Of a stretch of DNA of 34,131 bases, positions 9,545 to 19,650 are shown piece by piece (the stretch's first letter is position 1; each line of letters starts with the position of its first letter). Below the pieces are notes generated by a model. It had not been told where the DNA came from. It saw nothing but the letters and a program-made list of their open reading frames with translations, and made no database searches. Source of the DNA: Nitrospira japonica (GTDB taxonomy: Bacteria > Nitrospirota > Thermodesulfovibrionia > Thermodesulfovibrionales > SM23-35); assembly GCA_020725385.1 (NCBI GenBank), contig DYFC01000047.1:1-34131 (forward strand), written 5' to 3'. A program made the translations under genes and the position numbers.

Positions 9545-11163
9545 AAAGTTCTTCCATGAACCCATCCGGAATCAGGGCAGTAAGTACAGGCATAACATCT
9601 GTCAATGTAATCAACACTATAATGATGATGACAGTTCAAACATAACCACTGGTTTCCACAATGCGCACCATTTGGCGTTAAATTGAGATTAAATTCTGGA
9701 ACATATATTGAAACAGTTGTATCTGAATGATAATGGCACGATGTACAGAATTCTTGCGGGCTATCCACTGTTCTGTTGTCAACATTCCATGTAGGTGGAG
9801 AATATTTACCATTTGTTGTTACTCTTAAAAGATATGCATTTTGTGACCCGTGAGGTTCATGGCAATCTGTACAATTGAGGATAAAATTTGTATAATTGGC
9901 TGTTTTATAAGGTTCCTTCAGAGCACCCCACCATGCAGGAACTTGTACTGTATGTCCTGTTGCCTTAGATGTGCAATTACAGTAACCACATTGAATATTA
10001 TCGGGGATTCCGTCAGGAACCTGGCCATTTGAAGCATTACAATCATTATCTAAATCAGTTAAATTTGCAGCACATGAAGGATCCCTTTGATACAAATTCC
10101 CTACCGACTGTGTTTCACATTCATCTGTATAATAATCAGGGGGATGCGGATGAGATCTAAAGCTGTTTTCTTTATACACACCACATGTTCTCCATTGTCC
10201 CCCTATTTTACCATCAATATCACAGCATCTTGCTATAGAGCCATGCATATCTCCGGGCATATTGTAAATCCGATTTTGATTCGACCAGTCAATTTTAAAT
10301 AAATTTCTTCCACTACAAGTACAAGGATTATCAGAATAATGCATATGAGGTTGAGGGATAGAAGAACTATATATAGTATTAGTTGCATTATGACAATCAG
10401 AACAGAATGTTACATAATCGGGAACATTTGAGCCATCTGTCGTAGAAGACCCATCAGGTTCATATCCTCCCCCTTTTCTATATGGAGCATGATATTGTCC
10501 TCCATGAGATGATGCATAATAACTCATCCTTTCATTTGGCTCATCTCCCCATATATTATTCCTGTCAGTTGGACGAACTACCGGATAACCTCTTTGTGCA
10601 AGATGGGGATTATGACATGCATTACATGGATTTGATTCATTTTTAAAAGTTTCTGGCCATTTTGTTTTGACAAAGTTAAGTATATCCTGAAGGTTATGTG
10701 CTGAACTTTGGCAGCAATCAACAGGTGAAGGATTAAATGCATCATAAATATTGTTTGGTGTTGTTAATGTTGTATCTCCACCAAACCAGTAACTGTAATT
10801 ATAATTTATATGAGAAAATGATGTCTGAATTGAGCCTGAACCTTTATGGCAATAAAAACAGAAATTATTTGATTGATTAACAAAATTATTTGCAAAAAGT
10901 AAATATGATGATGGGCTACCGCTTACAGGATTTGGTTCAGAACCATTTATGCTTGCATGTTGTTCATGACAATGAGCACAATTGCCCCTTGAATATCCAA
11001 AATTAGATGTAGCAATACGGTTTACACCATAATTTAAATTTCCATGGGCAGAATCAATATATGCACCGCTTTCAATCATTTCAGGGAATATAATAAGACT
11101 TAAAATAATTATTCCAATAACAGGAAATAATCTATTTAATTTTATAAGATTATTAAATCTCAT
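9541..11163 (-). CDS. Exported 7-heme c-type cytochrome with Cys-rich insertion
   Basis: 7 CxxCH (CAHCH, CFYCH, CNACH, CSDCH, CTDCH, CTSCH, CLNCH); hydrophobic N-terminus; GGAGG before ATG 11163. Confidence 0.88.
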   Translation of the reverse strand: MRFNNLIKLNRLFPVIGIIILSLIIFPEMIESGAYIDSAHGNLNYGVNRIATSNFGYSRGNCAHCHEQHASINGSEPNPVSGSPSSYLLFANNFVNQSNNFCFYCHKGSGSIQTSFSHINYNYSYWFGGDTTLTTPNNIYDAFNPSPVDCCQSSAHNLQDILNFVKTKWPETFKNESNPCNACHNPHLAQRGYPVVRPTDRNNIWGDEPNERMSYYASSHGGQYHAPYRKGGGYEPDGSSTTDGSNVPDYVTFCSDCHNATNTIYSSSIPQPHMHYSDNPCTCSGRNLFKIDWSNQNRIYNMPGDMHGSIARCCDIDGKIGGQWRTCGVYKENSFRSHPHPPDYYTDECETQSVGNLYQRDPSCAANLTDLDNDCNASNGQVPDGIPDNIQCGYCNCTSKATGHTVQVPAWWGALKEPYKTANYTNFILNCTDCHEPHGSQNAYLLRVTTNGKYSPPTWNVDNRTVDSPQEFCTSCHYHSDTTVSIYVPEFNLNLTPNGAHCGNQWLCLNCHHHYSVDYIDRCYACTYCPDSGWVHGRTF

Positions 11164-11221
11164 TTTTCCTCCAAAACATTTAAAAAATTCTTTGTCTTTC
11201 GTAAGTATGTTACAAAGATTT

Positions 11222-11297
11222 CTGGATTCCCCGATCAAGTCGGTGAATGACACTTTTCATAAGCAGTTTTATTATTCCCGTGCAGGCGGGAACCCAG
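11222..11297. repeat. Pair of REP-like palindromes
   Basis: CTGGATTCCCCGA-TCAAG-TCGGTGAATGAC and TTATTCCCG-TGCAGG-CGGGAACCCAG in opposite orientation; related copy at 26119-26147. Confidence 0.7.
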
Positions 11298-11341
11298 TCA
11301 TTTATTATTTTCAACTTTTTTACGAATAAACCTAATCTATT

Positions 11342-11383
11342 CCTCTCTTTACACTCTTAGCTCTTAGCTATTCGCTCTTTGCT
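11342..11383 (-). repeat. Degenerate heptamer array, family A (AGAGCNN on mRNA)
   Basis: About 5 units starting at the TAG stop of the 11382 gene. Confidence 0.7.
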
Positions 11384-12668
11384 AATTTTTGCCCGTATGG
11401 CATACTGTACATCCGTTAAATTCACCGCTCGCTGGCCAGCCTTTATAATCCCATCTCATAATTTTTGAATATGGTGAACCATGCGCTCTATGACATGAAA
11501 GACACATAACAAGGTCAGTTCCGAGTCTCACTGTGGCATCAGGAGTAGTCCATCCATTAAGTGTGGGTCTCGCAACAGGAACTCGGGGATCATAAGTTCC
11601 AGTACCTCCGGTTGCATTATACGCACTTGCAAACTCACCGGAATTAGGAATCACAGCATCAGATGGATGTCTGATCCATGCATTTGATGTTGATTGTTCT
11701 ATATGAAAATTACCATGACATCCTGTACAATAGGCAGTCATGGTATTTCCAAGTGCAGAAAAACCACCTGCGCTTGTTTTTGTTCCAGAATAGCCTAAAT
11801 ATTCATTATGAACAGTACTACTTGCATCGTGTTGCCAGTTTACATCTATAAGTCCGGTTACGCCATGACCCGAACCACTTTGATGGCCTGAAAGAAACCT
11901 GAACCAGCCATCGGATGTGCTATTTTTTAATGGATCCGTATCATTAATATGATGATAACCTTTTGGAAAATCAGTTCCCACCATATGACATTTTGTGCAT
12001 CCTTGTCTTGCACCCGGGAACCCGAACGATGGCGGGCTTGTACTGGCGTATAAATTTTTGTGACATGCATTTACACCTCCGCATGTTCCTCCACCAACAT
12101 CTCCAGGAGCAGAAGACAGATTATCATCTCCATTTCCTAAAAAAACATTATGACCTTTTGTATCATTTTCAGAGCTTGCAACTCCTGTAGAGACCCAATA
12201 GAAATTACCGCCTGATAAAGGATTTGCAGGATAGCCTGTTGTATTAAATACAATTGGGACTTTTTGCCCCCCTGGCAAAGTTTTTATCGTCTCGCCATCT
12301 GTTGAACTGTGACAGCCAAGACAGGTAGCATTTAACAGAGTTTCATTAGGAGTATTTAGAGTTCCCGAGCCTCCCCATGGGGTATCACCACGATTCATAG
12401 CCTGTCCATTTTGACTGTTGTGCATTGTATGACAATTAACACAGGGACCGGTAACTTTTGCATAAAGCGCTGTTGTAAAAATCAAAGAAGAAATTATAAA
12501 AAACAAAAAACCTAGTTTACCTGGTTTACTTAGTTTACTCAGTTTATCGAGTTGGAATATCTGAACAATTATTTTCAACCATGTAAACAGTGTAAACTGA
12601 GTAAACTGAGTAAACTGGGTAAACAATGTTAACTGTGTAACTTTTTTTATTTGAGTTGATTTTTTCAT
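11382..12668 (-). CDS. OmcS-like multiheme cytochrome (6 CxxCH + 1 CX5CH)
   Basis: CVNCHTMHNS, GGNF, KGHNV, APG, RHPSD, CLSCHRAH and terminal CTVCH follow OmcS motif order. Confidence 0.85.
   Translation of the reverse strand: MKKSTQIKKVTQLTLFTQFTQFTQFTLFTWLKIIVQIFQLDKLSKLSKPGKLGFLFFIISSLIFTTALYAKVTGPCVNCHTMHNSQNGQAMNRGDTPWGGSGTLNTPNETLLNATCLGCHSSTDGETIKTLPGGQKVPIVFNTTGYPANPLSGGNFYWVSTGVASSENDTKGHNVFLGNGDDNLSSAPGDVGGGTCGGVNACHKNLYASTSPPSFGFPGARQGCTKCHMVGTDFPKGYHHINDTDPLKNSTSDGWFRFLSGHQSGSGHGVTGLIDVNWQHDASSTVHNEYLGYSGTKTSAGGFSALGNTMTAYCTGCHGNFHIEQSTSNAWIRHPSDAVIPNSGEFASAYNATGGTGTYDPRVPVARPTLNGWTTPDATVRLGTDLVMCLSCHRAHGSPYSKIMRWDYKGWPASGEFNGCTVCHTGKN
12511..12643. repeat. Inverted nonamer arrays, family B (GTTTACNNN / GTAAACNNN), inside signal-peptide coding region
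   Basis: Encodes TQFTQFTQF and LSKLSKPGK. Confidence 0.85.
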
Positions 12669-12669
12669 A

Positions 12670-12714
12670 CTCTATGCCCTTTGCTCTTTGCTCTTCGCTC
12701 TATGCTCTTCGCTT
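12670..12714 (-). repeat. Heptamer array, family A
   Basis: About 6 units filling the whole gap between stop 12717 and ATG 12668. Confidence 0.85.
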
Positions 12715-12716
12715 TA

Positions 12717-14006
12717 TTACCTTTTATGGCATTGAATACATAGTTGCCTTTTTCTATCAAAATAAAGCATAAACTCTGCTTTAGCTGAATGCATACTGTG
12801 ACATGTAAGGCAGGTTAAAGGTTTCCCGTCTCTTGGGTCTTTTGTGTCTTTTCCAAGTGGATGGGTTACCTTATGCTGCCCTTCATGACATCTTGCACAT
12901 GATAAAATTTCATCGGATTTTAAATATAATCTGTTCTCAGAGTGAGGAGGAATATGACACTGAAAACATTTTCTATCTTTTACCGGAGTGCACCTTATTT
13001 TTTTCAAAGCTTTTTCCATAAGAATAGTCTTCTTTTCGGTATTCTCATGACAGCTTGAACATACTTCTGTTTCTCTTGCTGTTAGATTCTTATCTTGTGA
13101 AGCGTGTTGACTGTGACACATTAGACATTCTGCCTTTTCCTTTATTAAATGTTTGTCATTTGCTTTTAAAACAAATTTATCTTTTTTATGGCAACTGAGA
13201 CATAAGTCTGTAACCTTCATTTTTACCGAGACGTTCTTATCAGTAGCAAAAGGATTGTGGCATTGTTCACACTTCATATCAAGAAATTCTTTATGTCCGT
13301 ATGGTCCAAGTAATCCTTTTTTATCAGAAGCATGACCGCTGTGGCACGAAGTGCATTTCATATTTTGAGTATATTGATTTATGGAAACGCCATTTATTGA
13401 GCACTTAACTGGATGGCATTTCACACAAATTTTAGTTGATGAATCAACAAGCTGGTTTTCTGTAGAAGATGCATGTGGCTCATGACATGACGCACATTCT
13501 CCGTTCTTAAACGGTTTGTGCACTACTACCTTTTTAAATTGTTCCTGTAAAGACTCATGGCACATCCAGCATAATTTTTCCTGCTCTTTTATAAGAAGAT
13601 GCTTAATAGCTCCACTATGTGCATAATGGCAATCCGTGCATAGACCTCTTTTTAAAACATGATGAACATATTTATTTTTTAGTGAATTCCTTATTTTTTC
13701 ATGGCATCCGAGACAAAGCTTATTTATGTCTTCTTTAATTAATCCTTTTATATCTCCTGAATGAGAATTATGACAGGAATTACATTTGCCTTCTTTAAAA
13801 GGTGAATGAACAACCGGATCAGAGAGTTTATCTCTCATTTTTATATGACATTGATAGCATAAAGCCGGCACACTGGCTTTTAAATCGCCTTGTTCAGCAA
13901 AAACAAAACCACCCCAGGTCAAAATAATTGAGGTTATGGCTAAGATTAAGATTCTAAATCCTGAACTGTGGACTTTGAACTTTGAACTTTGAACTTTTTT
14001 ATTCAT
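12717..14006 (-). CDS. 16-heme c-type cytochrome (doubled CXXCH type)
   Basis: 16 CxxCH counted; signal peptide; AGGAG before ATG 14006, overlapping upstream stop. Confidence 0.92.
   Translation of the reverse strand: MNKKVQSSKFKVHSSGFRILILAITSIILTWGGFVFAEQGDLKASVPALCYQCHIKMRDKLSDPVVHSPFKEGKCNSCHNSHSGDIKGLIKEDINKLCLGCHEKIRNSLKNKYVHHVLKRGLCTDCHYAHSGAIKHLLIKEQEKLCWMCHESLQEQFKKVVVHKPFKNGECASCHEPHASSTENQLVDSSTKICVKCHPVKCSINGVSINQYTQNMKCTSCHSGHASDKKGLLGPYGHKEFLDMKCEQCHNPFATDKNVSVKMKVTDLCLSCHKKDKFVLKANDKHLIKEKAECLMCHSQHASQDKNLTARETEVCSSCHENTEKKTILMEKALKKIRCTPVKDRKCFQCHIPPHSENRLYLKSDEILSCARCHEGQHKVTHPLGKDTKDPRDGKPLTCLTCHSMHSAKAEFMLYFDRKRQLCIQCHKR
13962..13996 (-). repeat. Heptamer array, family C (AAGTTCA), in signal-peptide n-region
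   Basis: AAGTTCA x3, AAGTCCA, CAGTTCA encoding KVQSSKFKVHSS. Confidence 0.75.
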
Positions 14007-15948
14007 GGCAACTCCTGCAATCTCCTTTTGCAAAAGGAGCATGTTTTATATTTCTTAATAACCCTGGCTTTTCTGTAACATGAGGTTCATGACATGGCAG
14101 ACATTTTGTTATTCTGCTTATAGGTTTTAAATGAACTTTTAATAGAGTATTACTATCAGCAGAGTGGCATTTTGTACATAATAACGGATCTTTTTCATTT
14201 AAAAGATGAATAATATTTGAATAATGAGGTTTATGACAACTTAGACAATCACCTGAATCAAAAGCAATATGTCCTTTTCTTAAATTTGTTTTAACAATTC
14301 TTTCATGACATGATAAACACAATTCTTTTGGCTTATTTAAAAGTAGCTTTCCTGTTTTTGTTAAATGAGGATTATGGCATGATGTACACTTCCCTTCTTC
14401 CACAGGAAGATGTTTTTCGCTTAATTGTTTAATCTCTGTTTCCATATTTTTATGACAGCTATAACATAAATCAGTCATTGTATTTTTAGTATTTGCAACA
14501 AATTCACTTGCATGGGGGTCATGACATATCAGACAGGATTTTTTCTGAAATGGTTTATGCATTGTAACTTCTTTTGAATCTGAAAACATTGCTTCATGAC
14601 ACTTAGTGCAAATTTGTTCATTTGAAACATCAAGAAGGTTTCTATATTGTGATGAATGAGGTTTATGACATGACATACACTTCTTATTGTTAACAGGTGT
14701 GTGTATATATGTTTTGAAAAATTCTTTTTCTTCTTTCTTGTGACATGTATAGCACAAATCAGTTGCTGCTACTTTTAATATCCCTTTTGTATTTGTACCA
14801 TGAGGGTCATGGCATTTCTGGCATTCTGCTTTTGAAAATGGTATATGCAGATTGCCGTCTTTTAACTCCTTTTCAGTGTTTACATGGCAACCAAAGCAAA
14901 GATTTTTCTGCTGGGATTTTAAATAGAATTGATTCTGTGATGAATGTGGATTATGACATACTGTACAACCCTTTTCTTTCACAGGTTTGTGCTGTACAGA
15001 GACTTTAAGAATATCGGTCTTTTTCTTATGGCATGTAAAACATAGAACATTGGTAGATTTTAGTATTATTTTATTATAATCTGACGCATGAGGATTATGA
15101 CATTCAAGGCATTTTCCTTCGTCAAGAGGTTTATGACGGTAAGCTTGCTTAAAAGACATTTCTTCTTTCTTATGACAGTTGTAGCAAAGTGTTACACCCT
15201 TTACTTGTAAATCAAGCGGGTTAGGATCACTTGATTTTTTATGGCAGGAAGAACATTCTCCTTTTTTCATAGGACTATGCACTGACATTTTAAGAAGTTT
15301 ATTATCAGAAGAGCTATGGGGTGTATGGCATTCTGTGCATCTTCCTTTTTCAACAGGATAACCTTTATGTGAATTTTTAAAACTTTCCTTAGAAAAATCA
15401 TGGCAGGTTTTGCATAATTCAACTTCCTTTTTTATAAGATTCTGACCGAATTCAGAACTATGAGGATCGTGACAGATAAGACATCCATCTGATAATGGTT
15501 TATGTTGCACTTTACGTATAAAAGCATCTTTCTTATGGCACTGGAAACATTGTTCATTTCCTGTTTTTCTTAAAAGATACTTATTATCAGATGCATGAGG
15601 GTGATGGCATGGTGTGCATTTACCCTGTTTTAAAGCTGAATGAACTGAAACCTTTTTAAGTACGCGTGTTTCAAAATCTTTATGACAGAGGATACATAAT
15701 TTTTTTTGCTCTCTTTCTTTAAGGCTTAATACTGCAATTTTTCCATGTCTGTTATGACACGCTTCACAGTCTTTTTTTGCCATTGGTTCATGAATATACT
15801 TTTTCTGGTATTCAGGCAAAGTTTTTGTATGGCAATCAAGACAGGGTTTTGCGACAAAGCCTTTTCTTCTTGGTTCGGTTGTAGTACAGGTATAAACAAA
15901 GCATAATAATAATATTAAAAATAACTTTGGTATATGACTTTTTTGCAT
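13999..15948 (-). CDS. 26-heme c-type cytochrome, probable lipoprotein
   Basis: 26 CxxCH counted with HxP distal ligands; signal ending VYTC. Confidence 0.93.
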   Translation of the reverse strand: MQKSHIPKLFLILLLCFVYTCTTTEPRRKGFVAKPCLDCHTKTLPEYQKKYIHEPMAKKDCEACHNRHGKIAVLSLKEREQKKLCILCHKDFETRVLKKVSVHSALKQGKCTPCHHPHASDNKYLLRKTGNEQCFQCHKKDAFIRKVQHKPLSDGCLICHDPHSSEFGQNLIKKEVELCKTCHDFSKESFKNSHKGYPVEKGRCTECHTPHSSSDNKLLKMSVHSPMKKGECSSCHKKSSDPNPLDLQVKGVTLCYNCHKKEEMSFKQAYRHKPLDEGKCLECHNPHASDYNKIILKSTNVLCFTCHKKKTDILKVSVQHKPVKEKGCTVCHNPHSSQNQFYLKSQQKNLCFGCHVNTEKELKDGNLHIPFSKAECQKCHDPHGTNTKGILKVAATDLCYTCHKKEEKEFFKTYIHTPVNNKKCMSCHKPHSSQYRNLLDVSNEQICTKCHEAMFSDSKEVTMHKPFQKKSCLICHDPHASEFVANTKNTMTDLCYSCHKNMETEIKQLSEKHLPVEEGKCTSCHNPHLTKTGKLLLNKPKELCLSCHERIVKTNLRKGHIAFDSGDCLSCHKPHYSNIIHLLNEKDPLLCTKCHSADSNTLLKVHLKPISRITKCLPCHEPHVTEKPGLLRNIKHAPFAKGDCRSCHE

Positions 15949-15991
15949 ATTCTATCCTTTTCTCCCTAACAAGTTATAGAGTTTTTTATAA

Positions 15992-16020
15992 ATTATCATT
16001 TAGCTTATGCTTAATGTCAA
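15992..16020 (-). promoter_or_regulatory. Internal sigma70-type promoter
   Basis: TTGACA-17nt-GATAAT upstream of the 26-heme gene. Confidence 0.55.
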
Positions 16021-16023
16021 GTC

Positions 16024-17649
16024 TTATTTTCCTCCTTGCTTTAAAAGCTTATCTTCAAGCAATTTAATTTTTTCATCGTATATGTTTATACTCACATCTT
16101 TCTTTAATTTCCTTACAACCTGGTTTATATTTTCCTTAAGTTTTTCATTAAAACATATTCTATAAACTTGAGCCTTTACATTATCGAATTCCTCATATTC
16201 TTCTTTTGAAACTTCCTTCAACATATAAATTGCATATTCTGATTCATCAATTTTAATAATGTCTGAGAAATCTCCGGGTTTGAGTTTTTCCATGTTTCGC
16301 CTTAGTTGTTCTGGAAGTTCTTTTTCAGTAATCCATCCAAGTTCACCTGATTTCTGAGATAATTTGTCTTTTGACTTTCTTTTAGCAAGCCATGAAAAAT
16401 CAGCTCCATTTTTAAGATTTTCCAAAATCTCATTTGCTTCTTTTTCGGTTTCAACAGTAATCATTTGCATTTTATATCTTAGAGGTTTCATAAAATCCTT
16501 TTTTTGTTTTAAATAGTAATTTTGCATTGTTTCTTCATTTATAATTATTTGAGGGAATATTATGTTCTTAATATAAATATTTTTTAATAACTGGTCTTGA
16601 TACCTTTTAATCTTATCTTTGATTTCAGGAAGATTCTGGTAATTCCTTGATAGAGCTTCATGATCTATTAATTTACGCTCTATCCAGTTGTTAACAATAG
16701 CCTCGGGAGAAAATCTCTGTCCCTGTTTTCTTAAATCTCTAAAGGCTGAAACTTTCAATTTATCTTCACCAACTTCTGCTACAATTTGTTCAGGCTCTAT
16801 ATCTTCTTTATTTAATGTTTCTTCCGAAAGCAATTCTTTATTTATAAATATTTTTGCTTTCGCTCTTAACTTTTCTATACATTCGTCACCCTTTTCTTTT
16901 TCCTTCTGTTTCCTTAATCTTGTTTTAATTGTTTCTTTTAAATTATCAAATTCACTCTCTAAGGCTTCCTCTTTGTTTAAAAATAAAACAATGTAATATT
17001 TATCAGATATTTTTACAGGTTCTGTATATTCTCCCTGGTTTATCTTTGAAATCGCTTTATATATTTCATCATTCATTGAAACTCTTGTCTGAACAATTTC
17101 TTTATCTGCTTCTTTTGATGGATGAATTGAGTATGCTTTGACTATATCTTCAAACTTAGAACCGTTCTTTAAATTCATCATTATCTTATTAGCAGTATCT
17201 TCTGAATTGACTTCTATAAATTTATATTTAAAACGTTCATAATCCTTTTTAAATGCCTCTTTTACTTCTTCATCTGTAACACTTACTTTATTCAATACCT
17301 CTTCTTCTCTCAATTTCATCACAGATTCTCTTAAGATAAAAGCATCCAAAGCTGATACTACCTCGGGCAATTTATCCATTCCGGCCAGACGGGCATCATG
17401 AATTATAATCCTGTCATCTATCATTTTATTAACATATTGAGATAAATTAAGAGTTCCTGCAGAAGAAAGATCATCACGTCTATGGGATATTGTAAGTGAA
17501 TAGATTAAATCCCCTTCTGTTACAGGTTCTCCATCAACAGTTGCAAGAACCAATTCCTTTTTATCAGAAGAGGCACAATTATTAAAAAGTAAGAATACCG
17601 CCAGAATAATGAATAGATTTAAATAAGTTATTGTCTCTTTTGTTTTCAT
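16024..17649 (-). CDS. Parvulin/SurA-type peptidyl-prolyl isomerase chaperone, lipoprotein
   Basis: VLATVDGEPVT, two rotamase-like domains (GADFSWLAKRKS...GELGW), signal ending NNC. Confidence 0.85.
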   Translation of the reverse strand: MKTKETITYLNLFIILAVFLLFNNCASSDKKELVLATVDGEPVTEGDLIYSLTISHRRDDLSSAGTLNLSQYVNKMIDDRIIIHDARLAGMDKLPEVVSALDAFILRESVMKLREEEVLNKVSVTDEEVKEAFKKDYERFKYKFIEVNSEDTANKIMMNLKNGSKFEDIVKAYSIHPSKEADKEIVQTRVSMNDEIYKAISKINQGEYTEPVKISDKYYIVLFLNKEEALESEFDNLKETIKTRLRKQKEKEKGDECIEKLRAKAKIFINKELLSEETLNKEDIEPEQIVAEVGEDKLKVSAFRDLRKQGQRFSPEAIVNNWIERKLIDHEALSRNYQNLPEIKDKIKRYQDQLLKNIYIKNIIFPQIIINEETMQNYYLKQKKDFMKPLRYKMQMITVETEKEANEILENLKNGADFSWLAKRKSKDKLSQKSGELGWITEKELPEQLRRNMEKLKPGDFSDIIKIDESEYAIYMLKEVSKEEYEEFDNVKAQVYRICFNEKLKENINQVVRKLKKDVSINIYDEKIKLLEDKLLKQGGK

Positions 17650-17679
17650 CTTTCCAACTTTCTTGAATAAATTTCACAG

Positions 17680-17790
17680 CCTACTTAGTTTGCCTTGTTT
17701 ACTAAGTTTGCTCTGTTTACATTGTTAAAATAGTTTAAGGTATTACAACTCGATAAACTATGTAAACCGAGTAAACTGTGTAACCGGGTT
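17680..17790. repeat. Inverted nonamer arrays, family B, intergenic
   Basis: GTTT(A/G)C arm and GTAAAC arm with about 20-nt spacer, starting at stop 17789. Confidence 0.8.
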
Positions 17791-18868
17791 ATTTCCATTT
17801 TGCTTTTTCCATATCTTTTACAAGTTTCTTAACAATTTTGTAAGCAGTGTTTTCAACTGACCTTATTCTTCCCCAATCAAGCATAAAAATATCATCATCG
17901 CCCTTGACATAATATGTCTCGCACCAGATCACTTTATTCTTTCTTGCATCAATTAACCTTGCAGAAATCTCTGCTTCAGGAGCAATATCTGTACCAGAAC
18001 CACTGCGATACATATCAACAGAACCAACAAGCACTCCATCAATCCCTGCTTTTGCAGCTATTTCACTAACATGATTCAAGTCCAGTTCCCCTTTTTCTCT
18101 TACCCTTAAATCAACTATTAAACGTTTCACTTCTCCATATTCAATAGGAAGATATTTTTTGCTCTTAAATAACTCTGTCAAAAACATAAATGTTGTTATA
18201 TTTCCTGAATCTTTAACTTTGCTCATATTTTGAAAAGGCATTACAGCTATCTTGTAAACATCCTCTGTCTCTTTCTTTGGGAATAATGTTGAGAAAGACT
18301 TTAAGGCTCTGTTTATTATTTTGTCTGCCAGCTTTTCAATTGAGTTTATTTTTCCGATTTCAAGAATTCCGGCAAAATCATCGCCGGTTCCAGCAGAATG
18401 TTCGGCCCACATAACTGAGCCATCTGAGGTACTTATAAGTCTCATGGTTAATCCGAATTGAGGATTATCACTTTTGTTATAAGTATTTATTGTCCCGGTA
18501 AGAATAGCCTTTACATTTAATTCTTTGCCCATTTTTATAGCTATATCCTGGCATACACAACCAGTTGTTCTGATTCTCTCTTTGATCATAAAATTATTCA
18601 TACTTTCATCATCGAGAATCTCATATCCTTTTGATATTAGTTTATCCTTTAAAATGGGTATTGTTATTTTAATTGCCTCTTTATCTTCGCTAAAATTCTC
18701 AAAAGGAAATATAGCAATTTTAAATTTCTGAGATGGAAGATCAGCACAAACTTTAGAATATAAAGCGAAGAGCAGAGAGCATATAGCAAAAAATATAAAG
18801 TATTTTGCTCTTCGCTCTTTGCTCTTCGCTCTCGGCTCTTTGCTCTCGGCTCTTTGCTCTTTGCTCAT
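17789..18868 (-). CDS. Two-domain CsgG/DUF799-like envelope protein
   Basis: Two repeats of IA(I/V)xPFxN...G...RLI...W; signal peptide built from heptamer repeats. Confidence 0.7.
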   Translation of the reverse strand: MSKEQRAESKEPRAKSKERRAKYFIFFAICSLLFALYSKVCADLPSQKFKIAIFPFENFSEDKEAIKITIPILKDKLISKGYEILDDESMNNFMIKERIRTTGCVCQDIAIKMGKELNVKAILTGTINTYNKSDNPQFGLTMRLISTSDGSVMWAEHSAGTGDDFAGILEIGKINSIEKLADKIINRALKSFSTLFPKKETEDVYKIAVMPFQNMSKVKDSGNITTFMFLTELFKSKKYLPIEYGEVKRLIVDLRVREKGELDLNHVSEIAAKAGIDGVLVGSVDMYRSGSGTDIAPEAEISARLIDARKNKVIWCETYYVKGDDDIFMLDWGRIRSVENTAYKIVKKLVKDMEKAKWK

Positions 18869-18952
18869 TGCTCTACGCTCTTCGCTCTTTGCTCATGGCT
18901 CTTTGCTCTATGCTCTTTGCTTTTCGCTCTATGCTCTTTGCTCTTCGCTCTT
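18761..18952. repeat. Inverted heptamer arrays, family A
   Basis: About 21 units of AGAGCNN (mRNA) from stop 18952 through ATG 18868, then short complementary arm 18761-18790. Confidence 0.92.
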
Positions 18953-19527
18953 TAATATTTATACAGCGTATGCACAGCATCCCTTACAACATGAAGAACT
19001 GTTTCACTCAGTGTTTCTGCTTTTGCTCCGAAGTGTTTAACCATGAAACCTGCGCCACCTCTTGTTCTTGTAGCAGACCAGATAATGCTTCCAGAACCTG
19101 TATCAGCCATCATTAAAGTTATAGTTACTTCTGGAGCAGATACATTTCCTTCTCTTACCTCTCCATATTTATTAACTGCTCCAAGAATAACTGCCTGAAC
19201 ATTCAGTGTCTTACCTATAGATTTTATTTGCTCGGCATTAAGAGACTGAATATTTTTAATTTTCATGCTATCAAGAGCAGCTACAGCATCTCCGGGAGGT
19301 GATACCTCAACAAGTCCAGTTGCAAGAAGTTCGCTTATTACAACATGCCTGACAGCGTCGGCAGCAAATCTGTCACTCGTAAGATTATCCAGTGGTAAAA
19401 CCGCCACACGTTTTATATAGCTAAAATCAATATCCTGATTAATATAAAAGTCAGGATTCGCCTTGCCTCCGCAACCACAAATAATTAATAACACGCTTAA
19501 TAAAAATAATTGTTTTAAGTATCTCAT
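18952..19527 (-). CDS. CsgG/DUF799 (GNA1162-like) lipoprotein
   Basis: Lipobox ICGC; IKRVAVLPLDNL...AVILGAV...PEVTITL...IIWS. Confidence 0.75.
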   Translation of the reverse strand: MRYLKQLFLLSVLLIICGCGGKANPDFYINQDIDFSYIKRVAVLPLDNLTSDRFAADAVRHVVISELLATGLVEVSPPGDAVAALDSMKIKNIQSLNAEQIKSIGKTLNVQAVILGAVNKYGEVREGNVSAPEVTITLMMADTGSGSIIWSATRTRGGAGFMVKHFGAKAETLSETVLHVVRDAVHTLYKY

Positions 19528-19550
19528 ATCTTTATACCTCTCATCAAAAA

Positions 19551-19650
19551 CAGTTTACTCCGTTTACCCTGTTTACTTGGTTTACTTGGTTAAAACCGTT
19601 CGAACTGTGCAAACTATGTAAACCATGTAAACTAAGTAGACCGTGTAAGC
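19551..19650. repeat. Inverted nonamer arrays, family B, intergenic
   Basis: GTTTAC x4-5 then GTAAAC-like x5, starting at stop 19650. Confidence 0.85.

Noticed and set aside
2313-17141. Short antisense or alternate-frame ORFs nested in long genes
   Set aside because: No recognisable motifs or RBS; shadows of well-supported CDSs
18805-19116. Plus-strand LFALCS-rich ORFs (also 18819, 20170, 20232 and minus-strand 22480)
   Set aside because: By-products of stop-poor heptamer arrays overlapping real genes
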